The notes under the pieces were generated by a model that saw only the letters and a program-made list of their open reading frames with translations, did no database searches and was not told the origin of the DNA. A stretch of DNA of 61,358 bases, the filler included, from Sanchytrium tribonematis (taxonomy: Eukaryota): the NCBI GenBank assembly GCA_018985235.1. It is 13 parts of 13 records of this genome, joined end to end, with 100 filler letters (N's around TTAATTAATTAA, not from the genome) between each part and the next. Parts side by side here need not be neighbours in the genome. Positions count along the whole stretch, not along the records: positions 1 to 3,242 come from JADGIG010000892.1; positions 3,343 to 6,565 come from JADGIG010000893.1; positions 6,666 to 9,884 come from JADGIG010000894.1; positions 9,985 to 13,200 come from JADGIG010000895.1; 9 more parts are not named here. One strand, 5' to 3'. The position numbers and the translations under genes were made by a program. Below, one piece after another: positions 1 through 12,098 of the stretch (positions within the stretch are counted from its first letter, which is position 1; every line of letters starts with the position of its first letter).

Positions 1-717
1 ACTTTGGACTAGAAGTGACTTGACGCCTCAGATTCCAAGTTATGATATGCTTCACGAAAGTTGTGACAACGTCCTTGAGAATATTCCGCCTTAATTTGTC
101 GCTTGATTCTAGCATCTAACAAGGATGAGCAAAATTTTCGGAAGAAAATTATGCATTCATTTGGATCTTCGGTGTCAAAATTGCATTTGTGATAAAATTC
201 TTTCAACACATTGACGTATTGCTAATTGTTTGATTGTGACGTTGGGATGGGTGGTTTCAGCTCTAATAAACAAATTGGATTTTAAGCGTTGATAATTCTT
301 TTCAATATTTTAAATTTGCTTAAAAATTGAAGAAGGCAGTCTTAATTTAAATTTTTTGTATAAGCGCTCTTCTGTCCATTCTAGTAAATCTTTGTTAACA
401 CTTGCATGGAATATGCAAAATTGAATTTTATTTCGAATAATAGGATTTTAAATGACAATAAAGGATCTGTTACAATAGCTAATAACTTAATTAATGGTCA
501 CGATCCTTCCAAATATTCCTATTCTTATCATTTGAAAAAAATTAACAAAAAATTAAACAAATATATCTATTTATTTGAGTTTAAAATTGACTTAGAATTA
601 TGCAGTAAAAATCAACTATGCATTTTAGAGCGAAGATTTGGTAGATTTGTACAAACTTACAATATACATTAACTAACAATAGGTGTTTACGTTTGTCATT
701 TCAATAAATATTATTGG

Positions 718-1605
718 ATGATCACCCTGAGAAAATCTGATGGATCTAAACCAGGAAAATCAACATACAGTGCACATAGGGCTGGTCTGGCACATTTATT
801 TAGAGACTTCAATGTTGTAATGGCCCCAGAATTATCAAAATCTACATCGAGAAACTATCTTGGTTTACGTCGAACAGAATTAAAACAGGTGAAGATCCAT
901 CGGTACGCATTCTATTCGAAAATTAGGTCAACATCTTGAACTTCTTCTACTGCAATTCAATTGCGTGCTGGATGGTCAATGCCCGGTGTTCAGGATACAT
1001 ATTTGAGATATGAATCTGCCGGTGATATGTATGTAGGTCTTGTGGTCTCGGGTTTGCCACCAGACTCTGCCAAATTTGCAATCTTACCACCGTTTTTTGA
1101 CACTAGAAATGAAACTGTGAGCAGTCCCATTAATGATTTATTTCCGAATATTCCTTTAAATTAAAAACGTGTCTGTGAATTTACTCTGGCATCATCTTTT
1201 ATTCTCAAATTATTTATTTACTGACCCAAATCTCTCGTCAAATCTCATGGCACTTGTAAAATGTCGTATCGGAAATGAAAGTAATACCATTGCCGCCACC
1301 GGAATCCCCCCGCACATATCTCTACTATCCAAAATGACGTCTTTAAATCGCCAATGACCTACATACCAACTTCTACTTGCTCAGCACATAAATTCCAATA
1401 GCTTTTAATGAAATTCTTAAAAAGAGAAATTCGATTTGCTGGATTGTGGATTTATCATCCAACTGTAAATGAAACTAATGGTATATTAACCAGCATTCTA
1501 AAAACTGAAAATTTAAGTTTTATTATGAAAACTAAAAAGGATAGAGTGTGTCGAATTAATCAGATAAGCTGGAGAACAGCCGCAGAAGACATTAGAGAAC
1601 GTTGA
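718..1605 (+). mobile_element. Degenerate Crypton-like tyrosine-recombinase transposon remnant
   Basis: Fragments across frames: STYSAHRAGLAHLFRD, SIGTHSIRK (HxxR box, ~895-922), LRAGWSMPGVQDTYLRYESAGD...FAILPPFF, and C-terminal RINQISWRT. Broken by stops, frameshifts and an internal deletion. Confidence 0.7.
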
Positions 1606-1867
1606 AGATTGCAGTAAATTTATATCTAAACTTAAGCTGACAGCTAATTTTACATTTAAATTCTAATAGGGACAATTCGTCACAGGAAATAGTCTCAATT
1701 GGCAGAACATATCCCTAAAAAGAATAAGACTTAACACTATTTTATTAAGGATAACAAGTCATTTTGCATTGTAACAAATTCGGATGCTATATTCAACAAG
1801 GTATCAATGTAATTTAAATAGGATGCAACTAACAAGATTTAAAAAGAGAGTCACACGGCCATGAAAG

Positions 1868-2617
1868 TCATTCCATTCGTACAACAGAAAAATGAATGGA
1901 GTGGACTGCATAGATCTTACTGCCATCTTTTTGAGTTTCTAAGAGATACATCAAATGAACATTATTTTGGGCCATATATGACTTAGCATATGGAAGTAGT
2001 GAGTCAAAGTTACCACCAATATTCCAAGAAGCTATTTTCAAGTGTATGGATTGATTGGGGTAATAGAACAAAGGAAATAGATTGCCAAATGCTAATATAT
2101 TAAATAATAATGAATAGCAGTAGATGACTTTAGTAAGAAGCGCAAGATTGAGGAAAGAACAATAATATTGAGATCCTTTTAATGACACTTTAATGGTTGT
2201 TAAAACTGGAGTTATGTCAGTAGACTTGTTAATAATCTTGTTATTGACATTCGACTTAAGATTTTATTCCACATATCATGACTTAAATACTCTCAACAGT
2301 AGTTTCATCAGGAACTCGAATGGAATAAATATTAACAATAATTGACATATTAATGATTCTGGTAGGAGTATGTGGAGTGACTGCTAAAATAGTGCATTGT
2401 GGTTCAATATTAAAAAAGTAGTCTTGTACTTGCTGGCCATTGTAGTACGTGTACTTATTGGCAATTGTCTCCATGACATCATATAATTGTGTATTTGCTG
2501 TTGCATGTCGGATATTCTTGAAGTGATTAATTCAAAATTGATGGGCTTATTTATTTGTAGTTGTGATATTGAGTATACAGGTGCGTTATCAATATTAAAT
2601 TGTTTAATAAATGCCAC
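1868..2617 (-). mobile_element. Degenerate non-LTR retrotransposon fragment (APE endonuclease N-terminus plus upstream ORF remnants)
   Basis: LKIASWNIGG...VHLMYLLETQ matches the EEP-family SWN...LxET motifs; surrounding frames are broken. Confidence 0.5.
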
Positions 2618-3242
2618 TTGCGCGTCTTTGAAAGACGCTAATTGGTTCTAGATTCGATTTCATGGTCATCCCTTCTTCATCATTTTTCATTAATAGTTCT
2701 ACTAGTTCACTCTCTCTTTCCTCAAAATTGATTATCAATTGATTTTTTAATGTGTCAGATACAACGAAATCATATTCATTATCTAATAACCATGATAAAA
2801 TCTGCTACTAGAGTTTAAATATGCACTTCTGGTGGATTCACTGATTATATTTTGCTCTATCTGGGATAGTTCCGCGTCTAAATAATGATATTCCATTATT
2901 TACTTCAAAAAAAAGAGTTTCGGCCCCATCCCAGAAAAATCCTCAATTTTATCAATAATCATAAATATTTTCATATTTGTAGCACTCCATCATCAATTGT
3001 ATTTGCAAAATATCTAACTCATTATTCTCATTTTGGTATTTTATTTTCAATAAACAAGAGCTGGATTGAAATGTGGCCCAGAGTGGCTTCAATATGGGTG
3101 GGATATTATTGGGACGAACTGTGTCAACCAAACACCTTTAGAAATATAATACTCAAAAAATGCATATTGAGTAGAAAGGTTATCAACAAAAACAATTGGT
3201 TCTCTGAATGCATCTGTCAATGATGCAACAGATGCATATTTA

Positions 3243-3342
3243 NNNNNNNNNNNNNNNNNNNNNNNNNNNNNNNNNNNNNNNNNNNNTTAATTAATTAANN
3301 NNNNNNNNNNNNNNNNNNNNNNNNNNNNNNNNNNNNNNNNNN
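3243..3342. other. Artificial contig linker (N-run + TTAATTAATTAA + N-run). Also at 6566-6665, 9885-9984, 13201-13300, 16517-16616, 19817-19916, 41698-41797, 44989-45088, 48277-48376, 51560-51659, 54836-54935, 58105-58204
   Basis: Identical 100-nt spacers with stops in all six frames; genes are cut abruptly at each; flanking contig lengths descend 3223, 3219, 3216, 3216, 3200 ... 3154. Confidence 0.98.
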
Positions 3343-6300
3343 AAGAGACTTAGTGATTAACGATAAACTAACAAAAGAGCAACAACAAGAACTTCAAAAC
3401 GTAGCAAACCAGTTTCTGCCATGTTTTGGTTCTGAGAATAAGACTCGAGTTAGAACAAGACATCACATAAGAACGGATTGCGAACCTGTCAGAGCAGGAA
3501 TCCCAAGATTAAGTCCAAGTGAGATTGAAATCATAAAAGAGGAATGCGAAAAGATGCTAAAGGAAGACAGGATTGAACATTCATGTTCTGACTGGCGCTC
3601 ATCTGTAGTCTTAATTCCGAAGCCAGACGGATCAGTTCGTTTTTGTGTAAACTATAAACTACTCAACAAACAAACAAAGTTCGACGCATATCCTCTACCA
3701 AACTTACAATCTCTATTATCAAAACTTCATGGAGCAAAATTTTTCATTTCACTGGATCTTAAATCCGGATACTGGCAAATTAATCTAGCCGAAAAAGATA
3801 AAGAAAAAACAGCATTTGTTACACCATTTGGACTATTTCAATTTAAAGTTATGCCATTTGGGTTGTCAACCGCTCCAGCCACTTTTCAAAGACTCATGAA
3901 TGAGATCTTTGACAAAATGATTGGCAAAGATCTATTAATTTATTTAGATGATCTATTAATTTATGCATCGACTTTCGAGGAATTAATTGAGAAATTTGTC
4001 AGAGTTCTACAAAAGTTGGAATTGCATGGTCTAACTCTCAGTGCCAAGAAATGCCACTTGGGAATGACAAAAATTAATTTTCTGGGTTTCCAAATTTCCG
4101 CAGAAGGCATTCAGGCTTGTGAGGAAAAGATTAAAGCCGTAAAAGAACTTCCTGCGCCCAGCACAGTCACACAAGTTCGACAATTTTTAGGACTGACTAG
4201 TTTTTATCGATGCTTTATACATCAATATGCCACAATAAGTCAACCACTTCAGAATCTAACCAAAAAGAATGCTATATTTCAATGGTCGACTGAATGTGAA
4301 TCCGCTTACCGTTCCTTACAAAGTGCAATCATCTCTGATAAGGTAACACTGGCACACCCACAATTTGATCAGCCCTTTTATGTGTATACTGATGCCAGCA
4401 AATATGGAGTTGGTGCAGTACTTGCTCAAGATAAAAAGCCAATATGGTTCATATCTCGAACACTTCAAGGTGCAGAGAAAAATTATGATGTTAGGGAAAA
4501 AGAATGCTTAGCAATCCTTTATGCATTAGATAAATTTAGACCATTTTTATATGGTACAAATGTAACAGTGTTTACGGATCATGGTAACTTGAGATGGCTT
4601 TTTGACTCCGAACAATCAGGACGATTAGCAAGATGGATATGTAAATTACAACAATACCACTTGACGATAGCTTACATTCCTGGTCCTCAAAATACGGTTG
4701 CTGATGCTTTAAGTCGATACGGCTACGAACCATCGAGCAATGTTACATTGAACAATATGAAACTAAGAGACAGGAAAACGATTGGCTACAATGAGACTGA
4801 ACCCTCAATGGTCAAAATCGATCCAACGATTAAGTCCACTCTTAAAAACTTCAATTGGCAACTTGAACAAAGTAAGGATCTTGTACTACAAGATCTACTC
4901 AAGAATAAAACAGCCAGTGTGAAAGTAATTAATGATATTATATTCAAGACAAGCAAATTGGGAAAAAAATTATACGTCCCCGAACACTTGGTGGATAGTA
5001 TTTTATCAATTGCACACAAAAGCGAGATATCTGCACACGCTGGTTCCGCTAAATTATCAATTTACTTAAGCGACTACTACTTTCCAAGTAAGCAAAATAG
5101 GATAAGGAAATATGTAAAAAGCTGTGAAACTTGCCTTTTATCTAAGGCACCAGTCATGGAACACCACCATACGACGAGAGTTCCAGCGATGCCTTTAGAA
5201 AGAATCTATATAGATTTCAAAGGTCCCTTGCCTATCAATCCCTTAAATTATCAGGAAGACAGCAAGTATTTACTTACAATACTAGATGATTCATCTAGAT
5301 TCTTAAATGCTGTACCAGTTTCGCATAATGGTGCCATTGACGCACTCAATGCACTTAAAAGACATTGGATACAAATATTTGGTCCACCATCTGAAATTAT
5401 AGCAGATACTATACCTTTCAATTCACAAGAATTTAAAAAGGTTACAGAAGACGAGGGCATAAAATTACAAAATATTGCACCCTACGCACATTTCAGCAAC
5501 GCGGTTGAAAGAAAACACCGTGAACTCGATGTCAAACTTCGAGCATTTAAACATTCTCGGAATTTATCCTGGACAGATTCACTTCATTTAGCATTAGTTT
5601 CAGTGAACAATGCGACAAATTCCGCCACAGGCGAAGCTCCATCCATGTTTTTATTTAAAAGTAAAATCGATCCTTTAAAAAGGATACGAATAACAAAATC
5701 TGACGATATCACAGAACTAAGGCGAAAAGCCAACCAAAAAGCCTATAATAAAAGGCAAAAGCGCTTAAAATCAATTAATTCTAGTAAGACTAGAACTAAA
5801 TATAAAAATGGAGATAAGGTTTATATGACCAATTCCTGGAAAGACGGGAAGCTGGATTACTATTATGTACCAGAACCAGTGTATTTTGTTAAGATGCTGT
5901 CGACAAACATCGCACAGCTTCGAGACAAGTACGATAACCTTTTAAAATGTCATATGGAGCAACTTAAGAAGTTATAAGTGAGCATTGACTGGCAAAAACC
6001 ACGTTCAATCCTGTTTAGGATAGGTATAGGTCTAAAGCAACATGGCAAACACCCTCTGTTCTTTAAATTTAGTTTACCATACCTCAAAATTCGGAATGTC
6101 TATTTAGTGATAGGTTTGATCCCAATCACCCATTAGTAGGCGTCGAATTAGACAAACTACTCAATTCTTAGCTCGAGAAAATTAAAACTCTTGCGAAGAA
6201 CTCATTTTATGGAATATCAATTCCAATCAAGCGCCATTAGGTGCAAATTTATTAAATATTCCCAAAAATGTTGTTAAATAAGCAACAATGTGAAATTTGA

Positions 6301-6565
6301 CCAAGTCATAAACTTTTTGGTCCCAATCAAGGAATTATATATCAACATCGGAATGAATATATATATATTTACCCCAATCAAGTAGAAAATTATAATATTC
6401 CGAACAAATTGACTAAATTATCCCAATCACACGTTTTTTTTGCCAAGTCAATGATGAATTAGACTCAAGGCGAACAATCTAGTGCTACAGCCCTTCAGCG
6501 AGCAATCGAGTGCTACAGCCGAATTTTTGTCGTTTCATGATAGAATGGGGGAAGTCGCTTTATAA
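3343..6565 (+). mobile_element. Ty3/gypsy LTR retrotransposon 1 (5'-truncated): pol, 3' UTR, polypurine tract
   Basis: RT-RNaseH-integrase order; purine-rich AGAATGGGGGAAG at 6542-6554 next to the contig end. Confidence 0.92.
3353..5977 (+). CDS. Gypsy pol polyprotein (RT, RNase H, integrase), uninterrupted, 5'-partial
   Basis: LDLKSGYWQI, MPFGL, YLDD; TDASKYG, EKECLA, TDH, ADALSR; HHCC zinc finger (AHKSEISAHAG...CETC); integrase IDF...D...ERKH. Confidence 0.95.
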   Translation: MINDKLTKEQQQELQNVANQFLPCFGSENKTRVRTRHHIRTDCEPVRAGIPRLSPSEIEIIKEECEKMLKEDRIEHSCSDWRSSVVLIPKPDGSVRFCVNYKLLNKQTKFDAYPLPNLQSLLSKLHGAKFFISLDLKSGYWQINLAEKDKEKTAFVTPFGLFQFKVMPFGLSTAPATFQRLMNEIFDKMIGKDLLIYLDDLLIYASTFEELIEKFVRVLQKLELHGLTLSAKKCHLGMTKINFLGFQISAEGIQACEEKIKAVKELPAPSTVTQVRQFLGLTSFYRCFIHQYATISQPLQNLTKKNAIFQWSTECESAYRSLQSAIISDKVTLAHPQFDQPFYVYTDASKYGVGAVLAQDKKPIWFISRTLQGAEKNYDVREKECLAILYALDKFRPFLYGTNVTVFTDHGNLRWLFDSEQSGRLARWICKLQQYHLTIAYIPGPQNTVADALSRYGYEPSSNVTLNNMKLRDRKTIGYNETEPSMVKIDPTIKSTLKNFNWQLEQSKDLVLQDLLKNKTASVKVINDIIFKTSKLGKKLYVPEHLVDSILSIAHKSEISAHAGSAKLSIYLSDYYFPSKQNRIRKYVKSCETCLLSKAPVMEHHHTTRVPAMPLERIYIDFKGPLPINPLNYQEDSKYLLTILDDSSRFLNAVPVSHNGAIDALNALKRHWIQIFGPPSEIIADTIPFNSQEFKKVTEDEGIKLQNIAPYAHFSNAVERKHRELDVKLRAFKHSRNLSWTDSLHLALVSVNNATNSATGEAPSMFLFKSKIDPLKRIRITKSDDITELRRKANQKAYNKRQKRLKSINSSKTRTKYKNGDKVYMTNSWKDGKLDYYYVPEPVYFVKMLSTNIAQLRDKYDNLLKCHMEQLKKL

Positions 6566-6665
6566 NNNNNNNNNNNNNNNNNNNNNNNNNNNNNNNNNNN
6601 NNNNNNNNNTTAATTAATTAANNNNNNNNNNNNNNNNNNNNNNNNNNNNNNNNNNNNNNNNNNNN

Positions 6666-6806
6666 CCACTTGACTATAGCTTACATTCCTGGCCCTCAAA
6701 ATACGGTTGCTGATGCTTTAAGTCGATACGGCTACGAACCATCGAGCAATGTTACATTGAACAATATGAAACTAAGAGACAGGAAAGCGATTGGCTACAA
6801 TGAGAC
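6666..6806 (+). repeat. 141-nt near-identical copy of 4657-4797 (second copy of element 1 or chimeric junction)
   Basis: Direct match with few substitutions; homology stops abruptly after TGAGAC. Confidence 0.9.
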
Positions 6807-7681
6807 GTGGCAATATCTTATCTACATTTACAGCCCGTATTTATCGAATAATTGGGATTTAACTCTTTTGCCCTTCCTGAAAAATTGTTTTCAAGTGTAT
6901 TTCTGCCCCTGGGGTAGAGATTTGGGAACTAATGAGCTTCAATATTTGAAAAGCAAAATTACTTCTTTGACTCCATTCTGAGTAATTTCTCGTGATATGT
7001 TATGGGTCAATTGGTTCCGAGAAAATTTGTCCCGATTTTCCTCCAAATAATTTTTGATTAGATTCATTTTGCAAATAAAGTCTAAAGTTTCTATTGAAAA
7101 AACATAATTTGCATATAAAGGATTATTTTGTGGGGCTTCGAACTCGGAAGTTATCAAGAAATAGTTTGGAATTATAATTTACATGGAAGTCTAAAAATAG
7201 CTTTAAACTATGCAACTGTGAATGTGCTTACAATGGATAATCTAACTTTTTGGAAATTAATCGGTTACTTATTGAACTGTTTTGTCAGAATTATCATTTT
7301 AGAATTTATACTTGGAACATCATCACAAAAAGAGGCCGTCGAATTATAAATACCAATGTTTTGTTAAGCCAACTAACTGAATTTTACAGCTCTCATTCTG
7401 AAGACAATGATTTGGAGATTTTAGTACTTACAATGAGTTTATTGCCATTTTGTCACCTACTTTGTAAAATATTCTAAGTCTTCGACCAACAAGACACGGT
7501 TCATGAACTTGTATATTTCAAATCATATTTAAACAATCTGCAGTTAAGCAAATCTACTGCAAATGTATCCGCATGAAAGAAGTCTTGCAATATCCCTGTG
7601 TGGAACACATTGGTCCCTCATAATGCCGGAACTTATTGTCGATATGAGATATTGAATTTATCTCGAGTTGTGCAGTCCCAA

Positions 7682-7838
7682 TATGGGAGCTGCATTGACC
7701 CCGAAATATTGGTAATATATGAGAACCAATCACAGCCATTGTCAGAACACGTGATTGGTACAAGAGATTCCCAAAACACATAAATACCGGCTCTCCCCCA
7801 AATAAATATCTTACTTCACTTTAACAAGGTAGCGAGCG
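7682..7838 (+). repeat. 3' part of the 5' LTR of gypsy element 2 (ends ...TTAACA at 7826) followed by PBS-like AGGTAGCGAGCG
   Basis: Homologous to 42269-42413; contains CCAATCA, CATAAATA and AATAAA; the PBS resembles the TGGTAGCG iMet-tRNA type. Confidence 0.7.
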
Positions 7839-9884
7839 AACAAAACAATCAACCAACAAACCAGGAACAACAAATTGAATCTCCGATTCAACAAACACCT
7901 CACGGTACAACGGGAACATTGACATCCCAACCACCAACTCCAACTCCACAGCACCCCAATGAAGCAGCGATTTAACCAATCAATTCGAAAATATAATCAA
8001 GCATTGATTGAAAAGTACAAGAAATGTCACTTTGAAGAGGAGTACACGACCTCAAAGCTATTTTTGCGAAAATTTTGCTCTTCGTTAAATTCAACACAAG
8101 TACGACAACAATTGCAGACAGAATACGCTCGATGACGAATTCAAACTCACAGAGAAGCGTATGAGCTAGCAATTAATTTGGAAGCTGAATTAGAAAATCA
8201 AGACTTATTTGAGGGAGAAAAAGGAAGACGTAAATTTTCCAAGCCTAAGCCGAAATTCTCAAACTTCTCAAGCAGGTTTAAGAAATATGACCGATATAAG
8301 TCTGATCAACAGTTTCATGAGCAAGAAAAGAAGCCTTATTACAAAGGTAAATCTGCAAAAGGAAAACGACCTTTTAAAGGGAAATCTGGATTAAATCAAA
8401 TAAACCAGGATGAATCCTACTCAAACATTCCTTCTTGCAAAGTCTTAGTTCGCATTTTCAATGACCTACATGAAATTTTAATTGACACTGGAGCTACCCA
8501 TAGTTTTATTGATCAAAGTCTGGTGCATAACTTGGGACTAGCAATCAAACGATCTAGATTAAAGTCTGGTGCATAACTTGGGACTAGCAATCAAACGATC
8601 TAGATTATCTAGCACTATATTAGCTGATAGAAGCACGCTAGATATATTAGAATTAGTTAGCATTCCAGTACAGTTTAGCAGCACACCTCACATATTCTGC
8701 TTCAGGGTAGTGCCACAACTTGCTTGTGGAATTATCATTGGAAGAGATATGATGCAGGAACACAGTATCTCAGTGGACATGGCACGTGCGATGGTATGGA
8801 TAAAATCAACACCATTTAGGATGAAGAGATCCGCACAAGAAACTGCAATCCACACAAGCCTTCTGTTATATGCTACAGAGACAAACCATCGAAAACTTGG
8901 TTTTCGATATCAATGTATCAAGAAAAATGTTGCAAATGACTATGACAATCACTCAAATGATATTCCAGTACCAGATTTGAGTGACGAATCAAATAAAGTG
9001 GAAGACATTGTCATAAATGAAAACTTGTCGGTTCAGCAAAAACGGCAAATTCGGAACCTGGTACAGAAATTTCAAGATTTATTCGGGAAAGACACTCCTG
9101 GACGAATGAAAACCAGACATCACATCAGGACAACAACGTCTACACCAATAAGAGCAGGAATTCCTAGACTTAGTCAGGAAGAAATTAAAATAGTCAAAAA
9201 GGAGATTGATGAAATGTTGGCAAATAAGGTAATTGAAAAGTCAAAATCAGACTGGCGTTTTGCTGTAGTGCTAATGCTAAAACCTGATAAGACAGTCCGA
9301 TTTTGCATCAATTTCAAACCCTTGAATAAGGTCACAAAGTTTGATGGTTATCCCTTACCAAACTTGCAAGACTTACTACATAGCCTGGATGGTGCACTCT
9401 ACTTCATATCTTTGGATCTGAAATCAGGATATTGGCAGATCCTATTAGCTGAAGAGGATCGAGAGAAAACGGCCTTTGTCACATCATTCGGATTATTTCA
9501 ATTTTTATGTATGCCATTTGGATTATCCACCGCACCGGCAACATTCCAAAGACTAATGGATGAAATATTTCAAGGAATGATAGGAAAAGTCTTGTTAATT
9601 TACTTGGATGACCTATTGGTCTTCGCCTCAACTTTCCAGTCACTTCTTGAAAAATTAGAAAAAGTATTCGATAGACTTCGAGAATACAGCTTAACTTTAA
9701 AAGATAAAAAGTGCAAATTTGGCATGACTGAAACAACATTTCTAGGATTTAATGTCTGTTCAAATGGTATTAAACCAGAGAAAGCCAAAATCGAAGCCAT
9801 TACTATGCTAAGATCTCCAGAAACAGTCACAGAAATTAGACAGTTCTTAGGACTTACTAGCTTTTTTAGATGTTTTATTCATCA
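7839..9884 (+). mobile_element. Ty3/gypsy element 2: degenerate gag, protease, RT (3'-truncated)
   Basis: LIDTGATHSF protease motif; RT motifs LDLKSGYWQI, MPFGL, YLDD. A 46-nt tandem duplication (8515-8560 / 8561-8606) causes the frameshift between the two ORFs. Confidence 0.9.
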
Positions 9885-9984
9885 NNNNNNNNNNNNNNNN
9901 NNNNNNNNNNNNNNNNNNNNNNNNNNNNTTAATTAATTAANNNNNNNNNNNNNNNNNNNNNNNNNNNNNNNNNNNNNNNNNNNN

Positions 9985-10214
9985 CGCCGAATACTCAAAT
10001 CATTCAAAAATCAAGTGTTCCAGCCCCAAAACCAATGAATTTAGCTACTCTAAATCCGAAACCTGTAAATGCAGTCAAGCCTGTGAACTCATTGAAACCT
10101 ACTAACTTACCAAAGAATAACACTAAGGCCAATATTGGTAAAATACCAGTTGCAAGTCCATTATTACAAAAATCAAATTTAATATTACCTGTAGGATTTC
10201 CCAAGCAAAATTAA
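9985..10214 (+). CDS. C-terminal fragment of a Pro/Lys/Asn-rich protein (5'-partial)
   Basis: Open frame PNTQIIQKSSVPAPKP...GFPKQN ending TAA with AATAAA overlapping the stop. Confidence 0.55.
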
Positions 10215-10245
10215 ATAAAACTCAATTTTATTATTCATGTACAAT

Positions 10246-10440
10246 TTAAGCACTTGCATAACTATTTTGGTCATAATCCCATGCTAATGTGCTATTAGAA
10301 ACACATTTTTGCTTTTTATTTTGTCGACATTGTTTATATTTCTGTTCAAAATGTCGTTTCATGAAATACATGATGATAAATGTGATTAATAAAATATTAG
10401 ATACTATTATACAGAGTAATGTAATGGTTTGATCGGCCAT
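10246..10440 (-). CDS. Small single-pass membrane protein (64 aa)
   Basis: MADQTITLLCIIVSNILLITFIIMYFMKR: hydrophobic helix then basic residues; AATAAT/AATAAA just downstream. Confidence 0.45.
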   Translation of the reverse strand: MADQTITLLCIIVSNILLITFIIMYFMKRHFEQKYKQCRQNKKQKCVSNSTLAWDYDQNSYASA

Positions 10441-10597
10441 CGCGTAGGAAATGGTGAATCCCCTTTTAAGAAATGACAAAGTTGCTAAAATGATGTATTC
10501 ACCAATCAAACATCATAAATTTGATAAATACAAATGCAAAAGGCAGTACTATGGCTGCCGTGATTCATAAATTTGAGATTTTGTTTTTTATTACAGA

Positions 10598-11001
10598 TGG
10601 GGTTAGTTTCTCCAAATCAAATATTTTTGAGTATTTACTTTGGAATGGCTGCTGTTTATTTCTATCAAATGTCAATGTATTTAGAAGCTTATATTCAATT
10701 ATTATCTGGTATATTTAGTGCATCTAATGCATTTAAAGTAGAATTGAAAATGTGCGCATTTGCTGTTTTTACGATTTCCACTTTAAAATTGATTATGCGC
10801 ATTCAAAATATACAATATTTGAACATTTATGAGTGCTGGCAACTGGATGCACCATTGGGGCAGGAATTATTTGGTTATTTAATCAGTATTTTGTATAATA
10901 TGTGCTTGGTCCTAAATTATGCTGATTTTGCATCTGTTATTTTGACACCTACAGTCTATTCACTAGTCATCAATCAACTCATTCAAAAGCAAATACAATA
11001 A
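10598..11001 (+). CDS. Hypothetical membrane protein
   Basis: Hydrophobic ORF from MGLVSPNQ; stop overlaps AATAAA. Confidence 0.4.
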
Positions 11002-11006
11002 ATTTA

Positions 11007-11159
11007 TTAGAATTCAAACCAGTCATTCATTAATTTGCGTATTTGTTGGCGTCTGGATGGTTTCGCGCTGATTAAATGATCTTTTTTGATATGGTTAATA
11101 CATTTCTTCTCAGAAGAAAAGAACATTTTACAATCTTGCCAGTGACACTTGGTACGCAT
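11007..11159 (-). CDS. 50-aa single C2H2 zinc-finger microprotein (absent from the ORF track)
   Basis: MRTKCHWQDCKMFFSSEKKCINHIKKDH...; upstream TGATTGG box, TATATTT 28 nt before ATG; stop inside TAATAAA. Confidence 0.6.
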   Translation of the reverse strand: MRTKCHWQDCKMFFSSEKKCINHIKKDHLISAKPSRRQQIRKLMNDWFEF

Positions 11160-12098
11160 GCGAAGTCGGGAGTCTTGTTGAAATATAATTGGAAAAAGTC
11201 ATTTGTTCGCACCAATCAAGGACCTGTCAAGAGATTAATGAAATGTTTGCCAGCTAATGAACATTAATCAACAGATCATTTAACAAATTAATAAAAATTA
11301 AAGATACTTCTTTTTATTCATCCATCTCGTAACTTCAGGTAATACTGAAAGTTCGACAAATACTTCATGTTTCTTTGTTTTCACAAACTTGAAAATGTGC
11401 TTATCAATACTAACAGCTCTGTTGGGTCCTAACCAGTACTAAACAAATTTACGGAAGATGACTGCCTTAATACATCTAGGGACCAATGGACTGTACATAA
11501 AAACATTTTCTTGAGGAAAATCTTCATCAACGACAGGAATGAGCTTATGGCTGTCATTGTTATACATATAATTAAATTCCTTTTGAGGTAATTAGATTTG
11601 TCATCCGTCTTTGAGGTAAATCGTGTACATGGAAGTTACAAGGGACAAAATTTGGCAAAATTGTCAAAGAAAAATAGATTGTGTCTCAATACAACACATC
11701 CGACTTTGCCACTCACATGTTACCACATTTGTCATCACCATCACCATCTAGTGGATCTGTATTGCTCCTTCTTCGGCTGTCTATCTCCTCTATTTTAAAA
11801 CAATTTCACGTGTTTGTGCCATTAGTTTCTCTTCGCCAAATGATGCAATGCAATCAACTCAATCATAAATGGTAAGTAACATGAAATGATGGATAATATT
11901 GTCGCCCCAGTCTGATTTCGACTGCTGATTGACAACGGCCAGCTGACTCCCAACTTCTAACTTAGATTTCATGATGTTAATATCAAAGATATTTTTGTTG
12001 TACTAGTAGCAACTAATAAATCATTTCCATTCACATCTAATTTTGTTTCAATGCAGGTATTTGTGAAAACTCCAAATTTGGTCTAAAAGTTTTAAAAC

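Noticed and set aside
3243..3342. Regularly spaced TTAATTAATTAA repeats about every 3.3 kb
   Set aside because: Synthetic six-frame-stop linkers between contigs; not biological, and no gene-cluster inference is valid across them
4786..5460. Short antisense or overlapping ORFs here and throughout the track
   Set aside because: Shadows of real genes on the other strand or frame; no motifs
8515..8606. Programmed gag-pol frameshift in element 2
   Set aside because: Explained by an exact 46-nt tandem duplication inside the protease region
11280..12060. Minus-strand coding-like stretches, possibly a multi-micro-intron gene
   Set aside because: Multiple stops, no consistent 20-nt GT-AG solutions and no recognisable homology
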